Positions 41,101 to 54,119 of a stretch of 64,000 nt of DNA are shown piece by piece (within the stretch, counting starts at the first letter, position 1; the number at the start of each line of letters is the position of its first letter). The stretch is from Phoronis australis. Taxonomy: Eukaryota > Animalia > Phoronida. Position numbers and translations under genes: made by a program. The notes under the pieces were generated by a model. It did no database searches and had not been told where the DNA came from. It saw nothing but the letters and a program-made list of their open reading frames with translations. The stretch covers positions 1 to 64,000 of the forward strand of contig NMRA01000441.1 of the NCBI GenBank assembly GCA_002633005.1, written 5' to 3'.

Positions 41101-44100
41101 CGAATTGCTGTTCCGTTTGGGTGTGTCTGAGCCGTGCAACGATATGAACCGATGCATTTGTCCCAGCATATGGCCCGCATCGTTGGTTCAGTGTTTATGT
41201 CATGTCCAGGCAGCAAACACAAATAACTGACGGGCTGCGTTTCAAAGCGAGTTGGGACATTGCATTTGCTCAGCTGCGGTGAATGCAGAGCTAAGATGCA
41301 AGCCTTTAGCCGGACTGATTGTGTCACTTTCTATTGTTCCAAGTATAGTAAGTATACACCAGGACAAGAGTAACGTCAAAAATGGTTGCTTTCCCATTTA
41401 AAGTTGCTGGTCAAATACTGTATTAAATGAGGTCTTGTTGAAACATGGTAAAAGTGCATCTTATAAGGATCTAATAGTAGTAAAAGTGCAACTGCTAAAG
41501 GTTATGATATTTGATCATAATGGGCACTCAACTGAACATTGGGTGTAGCCTGGTAGCGGTCTATGAGATTGCATAAAATACCTGTTTGAACTGAAATATC
41601 CATGTTTTCTGTCCTCAGATTTGTTGCGATCTACTGTTCAGTCTGTCAGTGCTCCATTTGGACGTTCCATAGTTCTGTGCTTCACACCTACGTGCCATCC
41701 TTGTTAACTCGTGTTACTGACTAATTGTGTTGTGCTTTCAGCGGCCACACGACAGTCAAGTGGATCAAAGCGGTACTCACGGTTCACACCTCTTATCTGA
41801 TGACGGTAATCCGTGTTTAAATATTTGTCACTAAGTAACACCGTGTCCGGTTGTCGGCTGTGAAAATATGTTCATGCAGCTGTGGATTGATTTTTAGCAA
41901 ACCTGCCCAGCCCAAACTAATAACGCCATCTTGTGTTTGAGCACAGAACTAGCCTATTCACCATTGGGCTTTTGCTTCTGACTTAAAATAATGTCTACCT
42001 AAAAATTCCAATGTACTGGGCTTGATAGTTTCGCTTTTTGACATTAGAGACTTGTCAGTACTTCCAAGCCCAGAAATATTTTCAGTTTGAGTAACATAGC
42101 AACGTATTATTTCAAATGAACTTGACGTTGAAAATGTACGAAGCTGGGTGGGTTTGGCTGTCATCAGCCATGATGTGCATGTAAGTTTCTTCTACCGTAG
42201 TACATAAAGAAGCTAGTACCTGAGTTTGCTGTTCAATTGCGTCTTTAACAGACATTGATTACTCCTTAAAGATGACGTGTATGATGTGTGGAACTCGTGG
42301 AGTTGGGCCAAGCTTGGGAGGTGTGACTACCGAGTCTTGTGTATTGCTCATGTTTTAGAAATTCGCAGCTAACCTCTAGTTGCTCATGCAGGCATCTGCA
42401 TATTCATTTTACACTTAATTTGCTCAACTGAAATGTTGTCATTAAGCAAGCAATTGCTCGAGTCTCATTCTTGTTGGAAGCAAAACTCGTAAACATGGTT
42501 TGTGGAATTCAAAATGCGGTCTATGCAATTGCATCTAATGAGAAGTGTAAACATAAAGATTCTATATGAATAAGTAACTCTTGAACCGGCGTTGAAATAT
42601 AACCAGGTTCGAGACCTGGTAGAGGCAAAATTCTTTTCAAACTTATTTTCATGAGGTCACCTGTTGTGGCCAACAGGTGTCATGCAGACCAGACTAAGAA
42701 ATGTTTGCAAGTTTTAAGATTCCTTCCTTGACATCAAGATTTGACCCCATTATTGTTGCAGTTCCCTGAACTTGTTGATAGTCTCAGCGCCCTCTACCAG
42801 ATGATGGACGCGCGAACAGCCATGTTGGGCAAGTTGTCAAAGCTTCAGGGAAAACTGGATCTCGTCGTCTCGCAGGTGATTGATTGTTTACTGCTTAATG
42901 TGAGCGTGGCTTCGTATTATTGGGGGAGGGGCTTGTATATCCGAGGCTGTAGACTGGCATTGGCTTTATGAAATGCCGTTAATTTTTACAGCCGTGTGTA
43001 TTATTTTATGACATTTTGATTTGATTGGTCACTGATTAACGTCCTCTGGAAACGTTAATTTTATATCTTGTATGGTCGAGGATAACCATGGCCTCATCAT
43101 GCTTGTCGTGTTTTGCTGAATCGTCACGTCTGTCAGATTATCATTAAGTAGGTTCAAGAAAAAGTTGTGCAGATTTGTTGGAATTTGTGGGAAGTTCATA
43201 TGGCATTGGTTTGGATGGGAAAGGTAAAAATGTCTTACAGCCATTTGAATAATAGCAGGCACTTTCTGATCTAAAATTTTCATATTTACCACGAGAAGAG
43301 GTTTCGTGGGTTTTCAAGAAAAGTCCTTTAGTGGTCCATTTGTGCGTATCAGACTGTTAACATTATGTCTCCGTTTTTCCAGATAACCACACAAGAGACT
43401 GAAGAGGACAGTACAGGACTACAACCCATGTTAGTCTACCAAGATGGTGAGTTGTAGCCATGTGGTCTGGACTTGACCAGGCTAATTGTCTTGAGCTTGT
43501 GTGTGGGTAAATCTTGCAGAAGTTGGATCTTTGCCTGACTGGATTGTTTCAGTTCTTTTATGCAGGCGTAAGGTTTTGCCCGCTATGGTAACGTTATGTG
43601 TTTGGATCCGACTGCGGTGCGCGCGTGCTGTCTCTGATAAAAATGATTTACAAAGAGGATTGATGATTTTTGTCGAGTTCGTTATGCAGAAGTTACACAT
43701 CTTTGTGGAATTTTTGTTGAAAATGACCAGTGCGTTGTTGATGGGGACTCAGGGATGACGGAGTGGCATGCTTGCTTCTTCATGGAAGGCTGTTTTGTAA
43801 TCAATACTGTGACATCATTGGCTTTCTGTGATAATTCTACAAATAAACATTTCTTGCTAGCTGTAGCTCTTGCCAGTCATAACAATGAAGCCAACTTCCT
43901 GTTGGAGAAGCATACCTTGGAAATAAACCGTCACAAAATTGTGAATTTTCTACGATTTTTGCGTCTGGAGGTGAAAGTCAATGAGAATGTTTTGTGCCAT
44001 ACGTTTCAATAGAGCTATTCGTCTCAGTATCAGCTTTAGTGGTCCATCAAAACTAAAACAAGTGCGTTCAAACAGACTTCTTTCACACGTTTGCGAGCTT

Positions 44101-47100
44101 TAAGTTTGTTTGATAAAGTCAATACACGGCCTCCTTCAGAGGTTATTTACTCAAAATAGCCCCTATTCAGAGTGATATACTGCATGTGACCGCTGTGTAT
44201 GTTGTTTCAGAGTCATCAGACGAAGATGCGTTGGTTGAAGACATGGTCACCAGTCATTCGGAGTCGGAGGTAAGCTCACCTTCAAATGATCTTCCACAGG
44301 AGGGCGGTTCAATCTTTCGCCATTCTGTGACTGTCTATGAAAAGCATTGTACAGTATGTGCTGCAGAACTATCTTACCATTTTATACTAACGAGAAGGTA
44401 GTTATAACGATGAGTCACTTTGCTGTTGAGATTGTTAATAAAGACTTTGAAGATCTGGGAGAACGCTGGTCGTTATTAGCCTCTCTGTAGTTTGGTATGA
44501 TGTCACAAACCAGTTGGAGCAGAAAATCTTTTCATATTCGATTAACATCAATGTTTGCCTACTTAACTTCTACTGAAGTCCTTTTTTATGCGCCCACATA
44601 TTTATATGTGGACGCATTATGCCGTCATCTCTGTCCGTCCGTCCGTCCGGGCGGCGTCCGTCCGGCGTCCGCTGCTCTATCTCCAAAACCCTTTGACATA
44701 CGTTCATGAAATTTGGCACATATGTTCCATTCATGAATGGGACGGCATGTGCGAACTTTCGGACGGATCCGACTACCGGTGTGCCCCCTAGTGGCAATTT
44801 TAGTTTTTTACGCTTACCTTTGTATCTTCAAAAGTCCTGAACGGATTTTCATGAAATTTGGTATGTAGGCACCTAGTAGTGAGATGACGCTATCCTGCCG
44901 TTTTCGGATGGATTCGACATAGTTTGCGCCACCTAGTGGCCATTTTTACTGTTTTCGAGTCTGTTTTTGTGCTTCCACCCCTCTATCAACCAAACCGCTC
45001 AAAGGATGATTGTGAAAATTGGCATGTATGTGCTTACTATGTAGAGGACGGTTGACGATGATTTTCCGACGATTTCGACTACTGTGGCGCCTCCTAGTGG
45101 CAGTTTTGTTTTTTTTGCGCCTATGGCTGTATCTCCTAAACCGTTTGCAGGATCTTTACGAAATTGTGTAAGTATATTTATATGATGTTAACAACGGAAG
45201 ATGACGACTTTTGGACGGATCCGACTACCGGTGTGCCCCCTAGTGGCAATTTTAATTTTTTTACGCTTACCTTTGTATCTTCACAAGTCCTTATTGGATT
45301 TTCATGAAATTTGGTATGTAGGCACCTATTAGTGAGATGACGCTATCCTCCCGTTTTCAGATGGATTCGACATAGTTTGCGCCACCTAGTGGCCATTTTT
45401 AGTGTTTTCGAGTCTGTTTTTGTGCGTCCACCCCTCTATCAACCAAACCGATCAAAGGATGATTGTGAAAATTGGCATGTATATGCTTACTATGTAGAGG
45501 ATGGTTGACGATGATTTTCCGACGATTTCGACTACTGTGGCGCCTCCTAGTGGCAGTTTTGTTTTTTTGCGCCTATGGCTGTATCTCCTAAACCGTTCGC
45601 AGGATCTTTACAAATTGTGTAAGTATATTTATATGATGTTAACAACGGAAGATGACGACTTTTGGTCGGATCCGACTACCGGTGTGCCCCCTAGTGGCAA
45701 TTTTAGTTTTTTACGCTTACCTTTGTATCTTCAAAAGTATTGAACGGATTTTCATGAAATTTGGTATGTAGGCACCTATTAGTGAGATGACGCTATCCTA
45801 CTGTTTTCAGATGGATTCGACGTAGTTTGCGCCACCTAGTGGCCATTTTTACTGTTTTCGAGTCTGTATTTTTGCGTCCACCCCTCTATCAACCAAACCG
45901 CTCAAAGGATGATTGTGAAAATTGGCGTGTATGTGCTTACTATAAGGAAGACAGCTGACAATGATTTTCAGACGATTTGGACTACTGTGGCGCCTCCTAG
46001 TGGCAGTTTTGTTTTTTTGCGCCCATGGCTGTATCTCCCAAACCGTTTGCAGGATCTTTACTAAATTTAGCAAGTGTATTTATGTGATGTTGACAACGGA
46101 CGATGACGACTTTAGGATGATTCTGATTACCGGTATGCCTCTAGTGGCAATTTTAGTATTTGCCTCTAGTGGCAATTTTAGTATTTTACATTGACCTCTG
46201 TATTTTCATAGGTCTTCAGGTGTATACTTTGTGTTACTTCGTGACTGTGAAGGAAAAGTTCCAAGTAGAAATTTGTTTCTGGCATTCTAATGCTGTGCTA
46301 ATCTCGTATGTTGGTAAATTTGTTTTTAATTCTATGTTTCTGTGGTGCTTTAAGCAACTGGTGTATAGGATGTGCTTGTATTATGAAGATTACTCACATT
46401 TTGCCCCTAGCCTATTGAGGAGACAATGACCATGCCTTTCCATTTTGCAAAGTATGCCCTCTACTGGCCACTTTATGGTACCAATAAACAACCCTAGAAG
46501 GATACCGTATGCGGTGCAATTGTGGGCGCATTTCAACGCTCCGCATTGCTCTTGTTCTCGCATTTGCTCGCATTGGTATGAAGAATGTTGCGTGATCCGA
46601 ACAATATCTCGTCAAGGCCCTTAATTTCTTCAGATTTTTCTGCCAGAACTGCTGGAAAACACAACCCTCTTGTGACGCCATGTCTGTTCATGGAGTTTTC
46701 TATCTAAAGTGCTAGACCTCTTCTCCCACACCTGTAACGTTTTCGTGAAGGTCTTGTTCATTGCTTACAAATGGTGTGTGGCAAACGTAATGCCCGCACT
46801 CAAATACTTTTTTTCCCTGGTTACATGCTCTCTTGGCCAAGAATGCATTTTTGCTGCAATATATTCAGTGAGTGAAGAAGTGTAGTGGCAGTAAAGGGCG
46901 ACGTTATGCCTGGTAAAAGGTCCCAGGACTTCTGTTGTTGTATCCTGTGCAGGGTGCTGTTATTTAAGGTTATGTTGGACATTATCCACGTGTCGGTGTA
47001 TTTAATTGCCAAATACCTACAAAACTATAGATCTTAACTCTGTAAAAGTGTTTCTTTTCTGAAAGTGAAAAGCCTATTGAATGTGAATTTTGACTTTATA

Positions 47101-47826
47101 CCAATCTTTTATTAATTGGATCGTGTCACCTTGTATTTTTGTAAATTTGGCGAAAAAAGCAAGGCACGTCCATAGCAAAACTACGATATCAATAACATGA
47201 CCTAATTTTGTTTGATGTAAACGTACAAGGTGAAATCTGAGAAGACGCTGTTACACTTGTCTAAATGATCATTTTGTTTTCATTTGGAGCAGTTCTTTGA
47301 GTTTCCTGCAGAACATTAAAGGTGCATATGTGAATATGCAAGTGAAGTACTAATTTACAAAACAACCCTGGATCCTCCAGTGTGCTGAAAACCAGCTATG
47401 ATTACAATCACATGAAAGTCTCATGTTGCGAAACAATTTTCATGTAAATAAGTATGGTAATATTTCATCGTTTACCCAATGAAACAAGGCAGAGTTTTTA
47501 TTGTTAGTTTAAATCAATATCAAGTAACGATTGGGTAATGTTTGGAATTACTGGTTTTTTTATATGTTCACACTTGTGTATCATTTGTGGTGTTTTCTTT
47601 AAAACCGCAATTTATTAAAAAATTGTGTTTTTCCCCGATTATACTTGTACACTCAGTTCTCCTGGAAGTCGCTAGGTGGCGCTTGCTACAAATTCAAATT
47701 TACACGGTTTTAATGGCACGTAGCATCTTTAAGTTTGTGTTGTTCTGATCCTAGGATAACTGGAACGTGTCTGACATGGAAACCAACGATGTTGAAACGG
47801 ATGGCGATTCCACTGACAGTGACTGA
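29098..47826 (+). CDS. WDR43: WD repeat-containing protein 43 (UTP5), t-UTP/SSU processome subunit, complete 16-exon CDS
   Basis: Exons 29098-29274, 32977-33111, 34104-34225, 34887-35007, 35681-35823, 37173-37275, 38245-38309, 38690-38861, 39407-39622, 40160-40297, 40836-40954, 41742-41805, 42762-42875, 43383-43446, 44211-44269, 47755-47826. Motifs: [83 protein letters not shown] (Utp12/Dip2-like domain), acidic tail. Confidence 0.95.
30826..30980 (+). repeat. tRNA-related repeat, copy 1 (A and B boxes)
   Basis: TAGCTGAATGG at 30901 and GGTTCGATTC at 30944. Similar to 32030-32182. No intact cloverleaf. Confidence 0.6.
31092..31877. mobile_element. MITE with about 160-bp imperfect TIRs
   Basis: 31092-31249 (GGGTAATTGTTTACAA...TTTCCCGGT) is inverted at 31721-31877 (ACCGGGAAAT...TTGCAAACAATTACCC). 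Confidence 0.7.
32030..32182 (+). repeat. tRNA-related repeat, copy 2, with TG...CA ends (solo-LTR-like)
   Basis: TGTAGAGG...CAGCTGAATGG...GGTTCGATTCC...TGTTACA. Confidence 0.6.
36185..37025. mobile_element. PIF/Harbinger-type non-autonomous element
   Basis: TIRs GGGCTGTTCCAGTAAAATCCGTGTGGGAGGG / CCCTCCCATACAGATTTTGCTGGAACAGCCC. TTA TSD at 36182-36184 and 37026-37028. Confidence 0.85.
44582..46556 (+). mobile_element. Helentron-associated element (HINE, DINE-1/Pearl-like) with central tandem array
   Basis: Left end: TTTTTT-ATGCGCCCACA followed by a hairpin and a (GTCC)n microsatellite. Centre: an array of about 452-bp units made of three ~150-bp subunits. Right end: TGTGGGCGCAT at 46521, a short hairpin CAACGC-tcc-GCATTG, then CTCTTGTT. 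Confidence 0.85.
44690..46190 (+). repeat. Higher-order tandem repeat, period about 452 bp (3 x ~150 bp), more than 3 copies
   Basis: ggatccgactaccggtgtgccccctagtggc recurs at ~44765, 45217 and 45668, and in degenerate form at ~46120. Confidence 0.9.
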
Positions 47827-50800
47827 ACAGAGGTCTGCTGGAGCAAAGAGAAAGCAAGAATTCCCACAAAGCCTTTTTGGAATGACCTGTACATTGACTC
47901 ACTGCAGTTGCACACTTATGAGGTCAATTCTTGTTTAGTTGAATTGAGTTCAGAAGAGAACCCTATACACTGAATGCCTCGGTGTCACCACTGCAACTGG
48001 TGGTGTTAGAAAAATGTGCCGAGATGTGTTGGTGGGGTATTTAGATGTACTGACTACACTCTTATCGGGAGACTTTGGCATTCTTGTGATAATCTAGACG
48101 TATTAGGCAGGAAAGGTGTCTGAGCCATCGGAATGGGGAATTTTGCTATGAGAGCATTATTTGCGAATTAAATTGGCCTCGAATGGGTTATAAAATGTTG
48201 TATGTGCTTGAGATTATTCACACACCCAATGAATGTTGTATTTACTGGGTGAACGTTCATCAAATAATTGTCAGAATTTTAAGTGGTTTTCTTAAGTACG
48301 TAATAAGGACGACTCGATAAAAGAGTTGAATGGAAATGGTGTTGCTCAAACAAGCCATATATAGGTCAACATTTTTTATGGTCATAAATCAGATCTCACC
48401 CGTGTACCTCTCAAGATAGACTGATGAGTCATGTTCTCCGGACTCTTCTCCTGTAAAACAATGAAATGTAATGTCAAGTGAGCACAAACATGTTATCACA
48501 GCTGAAGTATGTCATCAACTCAGGTGCTTACGTCAATGTCCTCTCACCTGTGAGATTAGAGGTGATAGTGAACATATGTGCATGTATTTTTTACTAATAT
48601 GGTCAGATTTCGTGTTTGCTTTTCAATGATTGGTTTTTGAGTGAATTCATTTCAAATTTATCAGTCCGCTTTAAGTAGTCTGTGTCAAGCCGCAAATGTG
48701 TTAATATTTTGCAATCAGGGGAGAGTTGGGTCTAGGTTTTTGGGGAGGGGGAGGGTCGGGTCCATAACACTGAGAAGAGATTAGCCAAGAGCTGTGTCTC
48801 TTTTTTGCCTAGTCCAGATGTTTTCATACCAACTCAGCTGAATGCAACAGTCTCGTACATGTAAGTCGAGATTAAGCCTGTAAGATTTTGTTCTGCTCAA
48901 AGCGATGGCTTGGTATGGAAATTCGTTTAATTGGGTTCAAAAGCAAACACTCCATTGGCCCTACCCTGCCTCCCTGTACCCCCTGGCGTCCATCTTTATA
49001 ATTACACACCCTTGAAATTTCGCACATTTTTGCCTGTTTTCAGTGGTTGAGTTCATTGGGAGAAGGGGTGTCCTTACCCAACCACACCTTACTATGGACT
49101 AGTTCATGATTTTATGCCTTGTAAATTGTTACTAAGGTACCCTATAAATTTGTGGTTATTGTTGTTGGCTACCTAATTTCTGTCCCTGAGACAATTGGTG
49201 GCGGAATATCTGTGCAATAGATCCGTGCAAAGGGATTAGGAAAAAAGATTTTGTTGCAGAATTCTCGGAATAGGTGACTATGACGTACGTTCAGGCCTTT
49301 TTTATTTTTATTTCATAATTAGAAGGTGTAATGGTTGCTCATCATGTATGCCTATTTTTTGTAATTCATGTGTTTATGAACTGAGAGCGTTTTCATAGTA
49401 TCATCTGTGTTTCCAAACTTTCCATGTTTGATGGAATGTAATTAATGGTGACTTGTATGGGTATTGTTCCCAGACCTACAATTCGTTGGGGGTCGTCTAT
49501 TGAAGTTCATGTCCTGTAGGTGGAAATTGAGTGGTTTCATCAGTTAAGAGAGGGGTTGAGAGCTTGGGGTGGGAAAATCGAGCCCAGTCTCAAAATACTG
49601 TGCAGTTAGTTCTTGATACAATATGTATTACAGCCCTGGTCATTCTTGTATTGCAGCTCTTGTTGAGTTCGAATGTCCTACCTGTTGATGTTCCTGGTAT
49701 CCTAAATGGTTGCGTTCGAGTTTTTTTTTTTTTTTTTTTTTTTTTGGCTTTCGCAAAAAGTGCATCTTTTTAACTATTCTACACTAGATCGTGTGGTTAT
49801 ATGTTGACCCATTCAGGGCATGTGACTACCAAAGTTTACTTGAGACTCCATTCAAGAATTGACCAATCACATGACCTGAAATTGAAAACTACACCTGGTG
49901 CATCATGTTATTCATTGAAAGTGAAGTTTGGCAGTCCCTGGCAGTTGCTGGCCGGAGTCTGGCAGTCGCTGGCCCGCGTCTGGTTGTTATAGTACACACT
50001 CAGATAGCCCAAGTTACAAATCATGAAGACAGTAAAAATGAGAGGGGACAGTGGTCTTTCTAAAACAGGAGTTTAGAATGACTGCTTCTACAAGGGCCTG
50101 ATACTAGGTGAACGGTAATAGTGTGATGCGCTTAAGTTCCCTCTGTAGCAATCTGCGCTCAGTGTTTGATAGCGTTGGGTGTGGGGTTTTTGACCTGGAA
50201 GCTAAGAATGTTGAAAAAAATCAAGAAAATTTATGAACTCTTGCAATGATGGGTTTGCAGATTCTGCAATTTTATTACCTAGCTAATGTGGGTAATTTTT
50301 GAAGATATACCTCTGTTGCCAGTTGTATTTGTGATGTACAAAGTTGTATAAAGTATAATCATGTCGGAACATGTTTTCCGAAGTAAATTTTATGCAAATA
50401 AATTAGGCCAACTTAAAATATTTTGGTTTTGTTTGTGCGTGCGTTAGTGCTCTAGCGTGTGTGATTTGAAGCGCCGTGCGTGGTAAATAAAATCTATTCG
50501 AATTGGTCGAGAGAGTGGTGTAGAAGTAGAGAACTTATAGTAAGTGTACATGCACAATGGTTTTCCTAACTGCAGAATATGGTCATGAGATGAAGCAATT
50601 GGATACGATATTTATTTTTCTTCGTGTTTGTGGTAGTTGTCTGAAGATTTTACAATTTTACGGTGTGAAGAGTACCTTTTTGCCAAGGTTAGAATCCCTT
50701 GATTGACTAAAAGCATTAATTGTAGATCCATAAAACTATATAATTTAATGTTGAACTCGTTGCTGGTCCCAAGATCTTTTATGCACGGAAACAATGCCCC

Positions 50801-50861
50801 GGTTTTCCTTTATGTCGTGTGGGCTTTGCGTTGTGTGATCAACGATTTTATAATGTAGTTT

Positions 50862-51030
50862 CTTGCGCGCACCCAGGAAGGGTTCGAATGAGCCCCNCCC
50901 CCCCCCCCCCCGAAAGACACGTAGTCCGAGAAAATGGGACAAATGTCCACACTAAATGAGCGCAATTCACAGTGGTGCTCGGGGTTTTTTTCGTTGTAGT
51001 CCACCCACTCGTTTGATATCAAAAGGTCCA
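50862..51030. mobile_element. hAT-like MITE family B, partial copy
   Basis: tgcgcgcaccc...ggttcgaa...gtccacactaaa...gcgcaattcac resembles the other family B copies. Confidence 0.45.
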
Positions 51031-53898
51031 CAACGAGCCTCCTTGATATTTTGATGTTTTGTACTTGAAAATTAATTATGATATTCGGTTCCTATGTATC
51101 CAAGGTATCACATGGCTTTAATTCAAAACATTAACGTTGCTCTGCGCTCTTTTCCCCCAACACCTTGCAAATGTCTCTTGTACATGTACATCTCGAATTA
51201 GTGTTCTTGAATGTGTATACTTCGGTCATAGAACCATGGTCGGACGCCGGGTTCAGGACTAGTTCGGATCCTGGTTAAATTATCGGATGTGATCGCTATT
51301 TGTGAGTATTCATTGCCGAGTTTACTGTGGGGGTCGTTAGTGGAATTATCGCGGGTTTGGTCCGATCCGTGATAGTGACGGGGTTTAGGCGATCGAAGCT
51401 GAAATTTTGAGGCGTGGCCATGGGTTTCCGCCCCCTGATTGCACCTGACGGCGGGATTTTCGTTAAATAATACTGGCTTTCATGTAATCTAGGTCACATT
51501 GAGCACGCACGGTACCCGGTCTGCATACGGCGTCCCCGAACTGATCAACTTGATCATGAAATTCTACGCAATAAAGAAACATTTTCAAGGGACTCGTGCA
51601 AGTCTGCATGCATTATCCAGATGAAGCGGCCTTCAAGTTTGTGTTGTTAATTGGAAAAAGGAGTTGTGAGATGCGTAAAGCGCTACTTACTAGGATAAAT
51701 TTTGAATGACCGTAACGCTTAGTTACCGTAATCGAGACAGTTGTAGTGACCTGGCACCACGTGTATCTCGACCGTACAGGGTGTGTGCAAGCGAAAGTCG
51801 AAAAATATACGCGTTACCGTCAGTGAAAACTTGGTGTTTCTGAATCCGGCACTCACTTGGTTTAAACTCATGTCGCAGGGTAACCAAATAATTTGATTTT
51901 CAACTCAGTACTACCGTCCTCATTATTCTGATCTACTAGTACAGCGTACGCCTATACGTTTCCCGTTACAATAGTTGCAAGTCATCGTCCCATCCCTACT
52001 TGTCACTACTTTCGGAGTCATTCGTGACCTACAGATGCACATTTCAACCTGAGTACGATCAACTATTAGGACTGAAACCAACCAACAATTGTGACCTGAA
52101 ACTGAAGGTACTTATTGCTGACTTCGCTAACACAGGTGTATTTTTTCATTCAAATAGGTCACCAAAGAATGCGTGCTTCTCGTGACCTTAGTAAATTCAC
52201 GATCACAATTGCATGTATTGGAAACTCCATGATCATGGATATAAATGAGCGAAAAAAATTCGAAAGTCATTTGATGTCTCGGAAGAGAACAAAGTTGTGT
52301 CTATTATAATATTCGTTTGTGCTCGTGGTCCCTCTCAAAGTTTGGACGGCTAAGGTAATGGGTTTGAACTTTACATCCGCGCCGAGCGAACCAATCCAGG
52401 CGTTTTAAGTTAAAGTAATATGGAATTTCGGATTTTGCGGTTCCAATCATAGCAACGGGGCCTCGAGTCGGTCATGTCGGGCTACATTCAGGTAGATATG
52501 TTTTATTCGCCGAATACGGTATCCCACAGGGCGTATGTTATTCGGTAACGGCACATGTTTCCTCTCAGCTGAGCAAATCGTAAAAGTGGAACGCACAACG
52601 ACTTTACTGAGGAAACCCGGTGGGGGCGCTATAAACGGATGCCGATTGTAAAGGTGGAGGTGATTTGCGTTTGCATATAGTTGCAAATATTTTCTTAAAA
52701 CGGTATAATAAAGTTATCCCAAAACGGATATCTTTAAGTTTTAGAACTGACCTCGATGTTTGCGGAACTTCAAGATGTACATGTAGATATGAAAGTTTGC
52801 AAGTAGGCGATTCGGTGTCCGGTTAGCAGCTGCAAATGTTGAAGCGTGTCTGTAGTTCAATTTGACATAACTTGAAATTCACTACTAGTGGTGAAGGAGT
52901 AAAACGGTTGCTGAACTTAACACTAATTTGGCGAATAAGACGTTCAAAAATTTAAATTAAACGGATTTTTGTTTGTCATGTACAAAAATCAGATGATCTA
53001 ATTCGAATCCTCAACCGTTTGCTATTGCATTTTCTAACAATTGCACATACGAATCAAGTCGACAGTCGCCAGAAATGTCCCGAAGCATTGTAAATCAACT
53101 GTCGAATGACGTCAACGTGTTTGCCGTCGAAAAAAGGCGTGAAAAGTACTATGCTCACGAAATCTTGCCTAGTTTCTATTTCAAACAATGCAGAATCAAT
53201 GAAAGGTTCAGCAACTTTCATTGAATGTTTCAGAGGAAACTAGCTGATCCTGCGTACACTGGTTTAATTCTAAGGATCCCGCTATACATGTACCAACGAA
53301 TAGTTACTCTGCAAGACCCGTCCGTCAGACTTTCACGAAAACAGGTGGGTACCGACGGGCGGAAACGAGTAAGGCGGTGACTAGGCCTTCTTCATCCAGT
53401 GCCTGGAGTTCACGGGATCTGGAATTAGATTTTGTCTCACCAAGCTCGAGCCCAGCTGCCACACTGACTGACGAGGCTGTTCTCGACTGCACGTTCTCAA
53501 GACTGAGTTTAGCACTGAAGGGGATAAAACAGAGTGGGAACCGAATATGATGGAGACTGTTCGTTGACGGTGTAGCATTCTTGGACAAAATTGCCGTCCC
53601 CAGCCCATTGCTGAAAGCCACGTGCCGGACGTACGAATTGACGATTCCTAGTTGGTTTCCAAGAAGGCCCCGAGAAACTCTGTCAGGGCCTTTTTAAAGC
53701 GGCATTAACTATCAAATAATAACAGACAGTCAACCCGTTCACCTTTGTACTTCAATACATGTAGATGTAGCACAAGCACCGCTTGAGTCATCAATTCTGC
53801 ACACCACGAGCACTGATCGAAGTTCCTTTTGCATCACTGAAGCGACACCTTAACCTCATTACCTGTCATTTTACAACAAGAAAACCCCGGACCGAGTG

Positions 53899-54119
53899 CA
53901 TGCGCGCACCGGGGAGGGGGGGGGGCGTAGGTTCGAACAAACCCACCATTTGGCGAAGTGTGCGGGCAAAAATGAAGGTCCGCCTCAGAGAAACAAAAAC
54001 TCAGAAAAATGTAGAGAACGAGACAGAAGTCCACTAAAAACGCAGGAACTATCAAAATTCGACGAATGCACAATTCATAGCTCTGAACATACCCTGTTTT
54101 GAGGCTGGGTACGCGCATG
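53899..54119. mobile_element. hAT-like MITE family B copy with 8-bp TSD
   Basis: CATGCGCGCACC...GGTACGCGCATG is flanked by ACCGAGTG and AGCGAGTG (7/8 identical). Confidence 0.8.

Noticed and set aside
45501-46429. ORFs within the tandem array
   Set aside because: They are by-products of repeat sequence with no protein-family features.
53325-53621. 98-aa minus-strand ORF with GTAILSK, resembling an endonuclease motif
   Set aside because: No further motifs, splice context or other support; ORFs of this size arise by chance.
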